From: Candidatus Latescibacterota bacterium
GTDB taxonomy: Bacteria > Latescibacterota > MWCZ01
NCBI GenBank assembly: GCA_022706085.1
Contig: JAKJDF010000003.1
Coordinates: forward strand, 338,879 to 402,878
Length of the DNA stretch: 64,000 bases
Direction of reading: 5' to 3'
The position numbers and the translations under genes were made by a program. Shown here one piece after another: positions 58,636-64,000 of the stretch. The notes below the pieces were generated by a model. It was not told the origin of the DNA. It saw only the letters and a list, made by a program, of their open reading frames with translations, and searched no databases. Each line of letters starts with the position of its first letter. Position 1 is the stretch's first letter.

Positions 58636-61600
58636 TCAGGTGTTGCCAGTCGCGAGCGCGCTGAGTGTCCGGCGCAGCGACGCTAACTGAACCGGGTTCC
58701 ACTTGGAGTTGCGCGCCGCACGGACGGCCTCCTCCAATGCCTCGGTGAGAATTTCTGAACGGTTTACGTCACCAGCAATTCGCGCTGTTTCCGCCGCATT
58801 TTGAACCGCCCACATACGAGCGTAGTCCTCGATGCCGATGCGTATCGCCTGGACGCGAACGCTTGGGACTGGCACGCGTGCTCCGCCGTACACCATCTCC
58901 CAATCATTGTTGTTCGGATTTGGCCCCTGCCAGAGGTCCACGCCCCTGGTGCAGTACGACCAGTAACCGACACCGGTAAGGCCGAGTTCCCAGGCGGTCC
59001 AGATCATCTCCCAGTAGTACTTCACTCCCACCATATCCTTGACGCCGCCATACGCTTCGTAAGTCCACAGTGTTTTTCCCGTGGTCTTGAGGTAGTTGTA
59101 ACGTTCCCTCGATGCCTCTGTAAGGACTGATCCAAAACTCAACTGGAAAATGTCAACGACGTCAATCACCCGTCGCAGGTCAGCGACCGTCATACCCTTG
59201 AAAGGATCGGTGTACACCTGGACCCGGGGGTCTATTCGCTTGAACAGTCTGGCCTGGTATTCCAGCTCGTCAATGAGCTTGCCGCCGAGCAGCCCTGGCT
59301 CATCTACCGGGTAGAACGCCCAACTCTCGTACCCGAAGCCCTTCTCCGCAAGGTGAGTTACCCACAGCGGGAGATACTGCGAAAACGCGCGCTCCCACTC
59401 CGGGGTGTGGGAACTAGGTGCGTCGGAGGCCGGGTGAAGGCCGCCGGGACTGATGAGCATCATATCGGTGGGCCGCAGTCTGTCCAGGATCCAATCGTGC
59501 TCGGACCAGTCTACTTCGCCTTGCAGGTTGCCTGCATTGTCGTACGCCACTTTCGGCAATCGCGTGATGACGAATACGTTGGTGTGATGCGCCTGCATAT
59601 CGCGGATTGTAGCTTCCTCGATGTCGCGCAACGGGGAGGAGTGAGGGTAACCCCAGTTGCAGAAGCGAACGGGCATCTGTTCCGGTAACTCGAAGGAGGA
59701 AACCGTCCAATGGATGGGAATCTCCCACGTAGTGCCCGCAGGAGTAAGCGCCCTCAAATGGAGCGCCGTCGAATACTCGCCAGCCGGGAGATCACCGGTG
59801 TCAACATCTACCCACAATCGTGCAGAGCTGGTGGCTGAAACCCCTACAAGGCCCGCTTCGCCGAGGTCGGGCAGGGCGTCGGGTCCCATTTTTGACGTTG
59901 ATGTCGGTACCCAGGTGACCTTCCGCAATGTAAGATGGGTGACCGCATCAATTCTCTGGCCGGTGGGGCACGCAATCCGGTCAAGAGACGCGCGAATCTC
60001 GAGGGGTACGTCAAGCAGGTTCGCGATCTGCACGACAAAGACCTCGTGTCCCCGCATGTCTGTCGTCAGAGTGATCCGTGGAGCGCAGTCCCCGGCAGGC
60101 ACATCGAGCTCCGGCGCGAAGGCGCTCCAGGGGTCTTCCACAATCCACGGTAAGAACTCGGTGGGGGCGTCTCGTTCCGCCGTCAACGCAACTCGTCTCT
60201 TCTGCAGCTCTGCTTCGCGGCGGAGTCGCCCGAGGAAGTGCCTGATTTCTCCGACAAATGCGCGGCGTTGTTCACAGGAACTTGTTTCGTATTGAGGCAG
60301 ACGCTCCAGAATATCGTGCCACGTGAGCTTGCGTGTGCGCGTTCCCCGTGCGAGGTCGTTCGTGATGCCGTACCCACCGGCAATGCCTGAGAGGTGCTTC
60401 AAAAGGCGCTCAGCTTCGGCCTGCTCATCCTCAAAAAGGGTTACGGAGAACTGGCTGGAAGAGGCGCCGATCGGGGTACGATCGGCGTCGCGATACATCG
60501 TTGCCTCCACCGTGTATTCGCCGCAGGCGAGGATTTCGAACTCAACCGTGCGGTCCGAATCCGCAACTCCGAAGTGCGTGACCCCGTCAGCACCCAGGAG
60601 TGAAACGCTGGCGTACGTCCCCGACGGAAGGTCGTAATCAAGGGTGTTTGACCCGAGCTGCAATTGATTCTTCGGCCCGGCCACAGCAGGAAGATCACGG
60701 AGTTTCTCAGTTTTTCTGCCGAGCAGATTCCCGGTGCGCAGATTGCTGGCGCGCCCATCGAATCCGCCGCGGCTTGTCGGCCAATCCGTCTTGCCTCCAA
60801 GGCATTTGAAACAACTCAGGGCTCCAGTGGTAGCGTTCACTGTGAAGATTTCAATTATTCCATCGCCGTCCAGATCAGCGGCAACGGGTGCCCCGATCAT
60901 CGTACCCTCAAGACGGTAATTCTCGATCTGCACCCCCTCAGAATCGAAAACACGGAGAACTGTTCCGGCGCGTTGAACGAGCAGCGATTCCAACTTGCCG
61001 TCGCCGTCAATATCTACCAGTGAAGGCGCAAATGGTTGGTCACCATCTCCCGAATCCATGTTTGCCCAGATGAGCGTGCCATCCGACGCGACGGCCTGGA
61101 TCGCACGACCGGCGTTGACAAATACGATTTCCGTAACGCCATCGGCGTTAATATCGCCCGCGGCAATGCCGATTTCGAGGCTTCCGGCTCCCGCGCCACG
61201 GCAAGTCCACTCGACCTCACCCTCCGGAGTGATGCAGCGAAGGACGTCGTCCATAGACCCTGCGAGAACTCGTGGGCCTTGCCCGAAATCAACCAGTATC
61301 GGTGCGGAGAATTCAGCGGATGCATCTGTTTTGACGCGCCACAGGAGTTTTCCATCGAAGTCGATGCAGTAGATGAACGAATCTCCTGCACAGAAGACGA
61401 TTTCATCCTCGCCGTCGCGATCGATATCACCTATCGCCGCGGGCCCCACGGCTCGCACGTTCGTGTGGAACTGCCACGCATGGTCCCCGGAATCCAGCGC
61501 AAGACCGGTGACACGCCCCTTCGCATCAGTCACGATGACACGGGAAACGCTCCCGCCGAACGCTATTCCTATGCTGTTGAAGGGGCTGGTCTCGGCCTCG

Positions 61601-61893
61601 ACGTCGGACGCCCAGACGAGCGTACCGTTGTCTGAAAGGCGGATCGCCTTTCCCGCTTCCGTGGCCGCGAGCACGCATCTGTCGGGACTTTCCCCGGAGG
61701 ACACGGAAACCCACGTCCCCAACTTCGAACCTACCGGCGTTCTCCAGTGCTCATTGCGATCTGAATCGATAGCGACTATGTGGCCCGATTTCGTTCCGCA
61801 GACCAGGAGTGTTCCGTCCTGCGTGGGGAGGACTGCCGGACAACCCAGAAATCCGCCAGTTCCGAACGTCCACAGATGGGTGAGTGAACTCAT
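58636..61893 (-). CDS. FG-GAP/beta-propeller repeat protein fused to DUF4091-like glycoside-hydrolase-like domain
   Basis: Repeated DIDGDG/DINADG/DLDGDG (FG-GAP-like) units in the N-terminal half. C-terminal half (WAFYPVDEP...YWSYC) resembles DUF4091. GGAGGG RBS before the ATG at 61893; an ATG at 61920 overlaps the dapB stop (ATGA). Confidence 0.55.
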   Translation of the reverse strand: MSSLTHLWTFGTGGFLGCPAVLPTQDGTLLVCGTKSGHIVAIDSDRNEHWRTPVGSKLGTWVSVSSGESPDRCVLAATEAGKAIRLSDNGTLVWASDVEAETSPFNSIGIAFGGSVSRVIVTDAKGRVTGLALDSGDHAWQFHTNVRAVGPAAIGDIDRDGEDEIVFCAGDSFIYCIDFDGKLLWRVKTDASAEFSAPILVDFGQGPRVLAGSMDDVLRCITPEGEVEWTCRGAGAGSLEIGIAAGDINADGVTEIVFVNAGRAIQAVASDGTLIWANMDSGDGDQPFAPSLVDIDGDGKLESLLVQRAGTVLRVFDSEGVQIENYRLEGTMIGAPVAADLDGDGIIEIFTVNATTGALSCFKCLGGKTDWPTSRGGFDGRASNLRTGNLLGRKTEKLRDLPAVAGPKNQLQLGSNTLDYDLPSGTYASVSLLGADGVTHFGVADSDRTVEFEILACGEYTVEATMYRDADRTPIGASSSQFSVTLFEDEQAEAERLLKHLSGIAGGYGITNDLARGTRTRKLTWHDILERLPQYETSSCEQRRAFVGEIRHFLGRLRREAELQKRRVALTAERDAPTEFLPWIVEDPWSAFAPELDVPAGDCAPRITLTTDMRGHEVFVVQIANLLDVPLEIRASLDRIACPTGQRIDAVTHLTLRKVTWVPTSTSKMGPDALPDLGEAGLVGVSATSSARLWVDVDTGDLPAGEYSTALHLRALTPAGTTWEIPIHWTVSSFELPEQMPVRFCNWGYPHSSPLRDIEEATIRDMQAHHTNVFVITRLPKVAYDNAGNLQGEVDWSEHDWILDRLRPTDMMLISPGGLHPASDAPSSHTPEWERAFSQYLPLWVTHLAEKGFGYESWAFYPVDEPGLLGGKLIDELEYQARLFKRIDPRVQVYTDPFKGMTVADLRRVIDVVDIFQLSFGSVLTEASRERYNYLKTTGKTLWTYEAYGGVKDMVGVKYYWEMIWTAWELGLTGVGYWSYCTRGVDLWQGPNPNNNDWEMVYGGARVPVPSVRVQAIRIGIEDYARMWAVQNAAETARIAGDVNRSEILTEALEEAVRAARNSKWNPVQLASLRRTLSALATGNT

Positions 61894-61916
61894 TGCGTTC
61901 CCTCCGGTCTGAGGTT

Positions 61917-62732
61917 TCATCGCAAAGCCAGAACATCAACCATGTCGTACAACCCTTGTGGTTTGCCGACAACCCATTTTGCAGCACGGAGTGCCCCCAT
62001 CGCAAACGTGTCGCGGCTCTGGGCCCGGTGGCGCAATTCTACTGACTCGCCGACGCCCCCGAACAAGACGTCGTGCTGGCCGACGATATCCCCCGCCCGC
62101 AAGGAGTGCATCCCGATCTCATGAATGGGACGTTCGCCGGTGATGCCGGCCCTTCCGTGGCGGACGGATTTTTCGAAATCCCAGTTCCATGTTTTCGCTA
62201 CTGCTTTTGCCAGTGAGATGGCGGTCCCGCTGGGCGCGTCGCATTTCTGTGTGTGGTGAGCTTCCACTATCTCGCAATTGAACCGCGGTCCGAGAAGACG
62301 CGCCGCTTCCTCAACCAGGCGCAAAAGCACGGTGACGCCTACACTGAAATTGCTTGTCTTCACGACTGCAATCCCTCGCGCTGCATCTTTGAACGCCTGT
62401 TCCTGCTCAGACGACAGGCCCGTAGTTCCCAGCACAAGCGGCTTTGCTGAGGCCCTGCAGATGGCGACCTGCTCCACCGTGGCTTCGGGGTCGTTGATGA
62501 AGGCAATTGCGACGTCTGCGCCTTTGATGGCATCAGCCAGATTGTCGACGACGGGAACCGAAAGACGCCCGACGCCCGCTATTTCGCCAGCGTCGCAACC
62601 GATTGCCGGGTTGCCAGGTTTCTCCACAGCTCCCGCGATATTGACTTCGGTGTCTTCGTGAGCCAGGGCAATGACGCGCCGACCCATTCTTCCTGCCGAT
62701 CCGCATACTGCGATTCGCACCATGAACCTCAT
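61917..62732 (-). CDS. dapB: 4-hydroxy-tetrahydrodipicolinate reductase
   Basis: VRIAVCGSAGRMGR N-terminal Rossmann motif and DapB C-domain. Alternative ATG 3 codons in. Confidence 0.85.
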   Translation of the reverse strand: MRFMVRIAVCGSAGRMGRRVIALAHEDTEVNIAGAVEKPGNPAIGCDAGEIAGVGRLSVPVVDNLADAIKGADVAIAFINDPEATVEQVAICRASAKPLVLGTTGLSSEQEQAFKDAARGIAVVKTSNFSVGVTVLLRLVEEAARLLGPRFNCEIVEAHHTQKCDAPSGTAISLAKAVAKTWNWDFEKSVRHGRAGITGERPIHEIGMHSLRAGDIVGQHDVLFGGVGESVELRHRAQSRDTFAMGALRAAKWVVGKPQGLYDMVDVLALR

Positions 62733-62865
62733 GCTCCTGTTGTCGTGTGGCGCCAGGCCGCGGGTCCCGAAGTGGACCCGATTCGTGCATTCCTAGTATA
62801 GGACCGGACTGGCGATTGGAGGAAGTGCTCTGCTCGCTGCGAATTGTCCGGTTTGGGTGCGATAG

Positions 62866-62900
62866 TGCATTACTGGCAAGATAATGCAGTTATTGCATTA
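62866..62900 (+). promoter_or_regulatory. candidate enhancer (UAS) for a sigma-54 activator: TGCATTA - 9 nt - TAATGCA - 5 nt - TGCATTA
   Basis: Three 7-nt half-sites seen directly, including a perfect TAATGCA-N5-TGCATTA palindrome about 85 bp upstream of the -24 element, in a locally AT-rich patch. Confidence 0.5.
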
Positions 62901-62974
62901 TACACTGTTGCGGAGCGGTGTCGGAAAGCGCAGCAGTGTCCTTTTTATGGGCAACAATCGCCGAAGCGCAACAA

Positions 62975-62990
62975 TGGCACACTCGTTGCA
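62975..62990 (+). promoter_or_regulatory. sigma-54 (RpoN) -24/-12 promoter TGGCAC-N5-TTGCA
   Basis: Exact match to consensus TGGCAC N5 TTGCW (TGGCACACTCGTTGCAT), oriented toward the small ORF at 63112. Confidence 0.65.
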
Positions 62991-63111
62991 TGCTGGAAGT
63001 CCTGGTTCTTCGAAGTGCGAGCGTTAGTCTGAGCACGGAACCCTGGAAAAAGCCTGTCGCGCAAAGCGAGGGCGAACAACAAGAAAATGGAAAGACTCAA
63101 AGGAGCGAACC

Positions 63112-63390
63112 ATGACGTTATACAGTCAGCCCAACGCGTTCGGGATCACCGGAATTTCCCAATGTCCCATATACGACCCTGGTTGCGGTTCACGCGACGA
63201 TTGGTTCGGGTTGTCGTCCGAATCTCCCGTGTTTACCGACATGTCTCACATTGCAGAGCTGGCAGCGCTCGACCTCCGGTCAAGGGGGAAAACGCGCAAT
63301 CTCAGGAATGCCGAGGATCGGGAAAAGGTTCTTTCCAAAGATCGTCGGGGGCGGGGGTGGTCTCATCCGTCAGAGCGCGACCGAAACTGA
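63112..63390 (+). CDS. small hypothetical protein (92 aa, CPIYDPGC motif), putative sigma-54-dependent
   Basis: ATG with AAAGGAG RBS 7 nt upstream; downstream strong hairpin; no family recognised. Confidence 0.45.
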   Translation: MTLYSQPNAFGITGISQCPIYDPGCGSRDDWFGLSSESPVFTDMSHIAELAALDLRSRGKTRNLRNAEDREKVLSKDRRGRGWSHPSERDRN

Positions 63391-63406
63391 TGTGAACGCC
63401 CTTCAT

Positions 63407-63454
63407 GAAAGGAAAGGAACCGTGGCCTAAGTGGCACGGTTCCTTTCCTTTTCC
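63407..63454. terminator. strong hairpin, likely bidirectional terminator
   Basis: GAAAGGAAAGGAACCGTG(G)CC-TAAGT-GGCACGGTTCCTTTCCTTTTCC: about 19-bp stem with a U-rich 3' arm; lies between the small ORF stop and the convergent tsaC stop. Confidence 0.65.
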
Positions 63455-63462
63455 TGGTTGCG

Positions 63463-64000
63463 CTACGCATCCACGATTTCGCCACTCCACCATTCCCGCA
63501 GAGTGGGCAGATCAACAGCGCCCCGCCGCAGCACCAGCAGTGTGGCCCCGACGGGCCGCACAAGCGTTGACGGGAGATCTCCCGGCGCGCGTTCTCCCTC
63601 AAACACCCCCGCGAGGCCTTGGGGGAACTGAGCTTCCACCTCTTCCGCCGTTCGCGCGGGCGGCATGTTCTGACGGTTTGCGCTTGTCGCCGTGATGGCG
63701 CCTCCCGCGGAATCAGCGAGCATCCTCGCGCCGGGGTGGGAAGGTACGCGGACCGCGACGGTACCAGTCCCGCCGGTAATCACGCGCGCGACCGAGTCTT
63801 TCGCCGGGAGTACGACCGTGAGCGGCCCGGGCCACGCGAGGGAAATCAGGCGTACGGTGGCGGGGGTCAAGGAAATTGCGAAGCTGGACACCACTTCGGC
63901 CTTTCCGAGGATGAGGCTTACCGGTTTGTCGGTGTCTCTTCCTTTCAGTCTGACGAGGCGAGTCAGCGCCGCCATATCGGACGGGAGGACGGCGAGCCCG
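63463..64000 (-). CDS. tsaC: L-threonylcarbamoyladenylate synthase (YrdC/Sua5 family), N-terminus beyond window
   Basis: KGRDTDKPVSLIL and ...SANRQNMPPARTAEEV blocks typical of the YrdC domain. The frame runs open to the window end, so this is the 3' part only. Confidence 0.7.
   Translation of the reverse strand, partial: GLAVLPSDMAALTRLVRLKGRDTDKPVSLILGKAEVVSSFAISLTPATVRLISLAWPGPLTVVLPAKDSVARVITGGTGTVAVRVPSHPGARMLADSAGGAITATSANRQNMPPARTAEEVEAQFPQGLAGVFEGERAPGDLPSTLVRPVGATLLVLRRGAVDLPTLREWWSGEIVDA

Noticed and set aside
62844-63032. 62-aa plus-strand ORF
   Set aside because: Overlaps the palindromic UAS and the sigma-54 promoter elements; no RBS. More likely regulatory DNA than coding.
1-64000. 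Search for tRNA, rRNA, CRISPR arrays, IS elements or integrases
   Set aside because: No cloverleaf-like T-arm motifs (GTTCGAATC-type) in the intergenic gaps, no repeat-spacer periodicity, no transposase or integrase-like ORFs. The region looks like a stable chromosomal backbone.

Overview
High-GC (about 60%) bacterial chromosomal segment, densely coded on both strands, with about 50 supportable protein-coding genes. No rRNA, tRNA, CRISPR array or obvious mobile element was seen. Content falls into four groups. (1) Housekeeping genes: an mraY-like gene, ltaE, the same-strand cluster dapF-glnD-rho-rpmE-DUF1385-prfA-serS, ispG, lipA, glyA, a fused purS-purL, greA, dapB and a partial tsaC. (2) A glycan-utilisation style locus: sugar-phosphate isomerase, GH32, DUF5060/DUF4038 (GH140-like), a TonB-dependent receptor with a carboxypeptidase-regulatory-like N-domain, and a DUF4249-like lipoprotein. 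(3) A regulatory module: sigma-54 activator, Yip1 membrane protein, periplasmic-sensor histidine kinase, second sigma-54 activator. (4) The most unusual part, a minus-strand operon at about 47.2-53.9 kb: rhodanese, GlcE-like and GlcF-like oxidase subunits, an enolase-superfamily sugar-acid dehydratase, an SDR dehydrogenase, a DHDPS-family class I aldolase with a C-terminal amphipathic extension that looks like an encapsulation peptide, and a tandem-BMC-domain shell protein. This looks like a non-phosphorylative deoxy-sugar (rhamnose/fucose-type) pathway coupled to a bacterial microcompartment shell component, a combination I do not recognise from described BMC locus types. Other notable items: a canonical sigma-54 promoter (TGGCAC-N5-TTGCA) with upstream palindromic TGCATTA/TAATGCA enhancer-like sites driving an unannotated 92-aa Cys-containing ORF with a strong RBS and a downstream hairpin terminator; a 1189-aa predicted outer-membrane beta-barrel protein of unknown function; a tandem-duplicated 888-aa FAD-linked oxidase; an exact 2 x 21-bp palindromic tandem duplication overlapping a gene 3' end; and an mraY-like gene outside any dcw context. 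Many long ORFs in the six-frame track are antisense shadows of real genes, as expected at this GC content, and were rejected. All family calls are from motif recognition by eye; no searches were run. Start codons are best estimates, and my coordinate checks near 28.0-29.6 kb disagreed with the ORF track by 1 nt.
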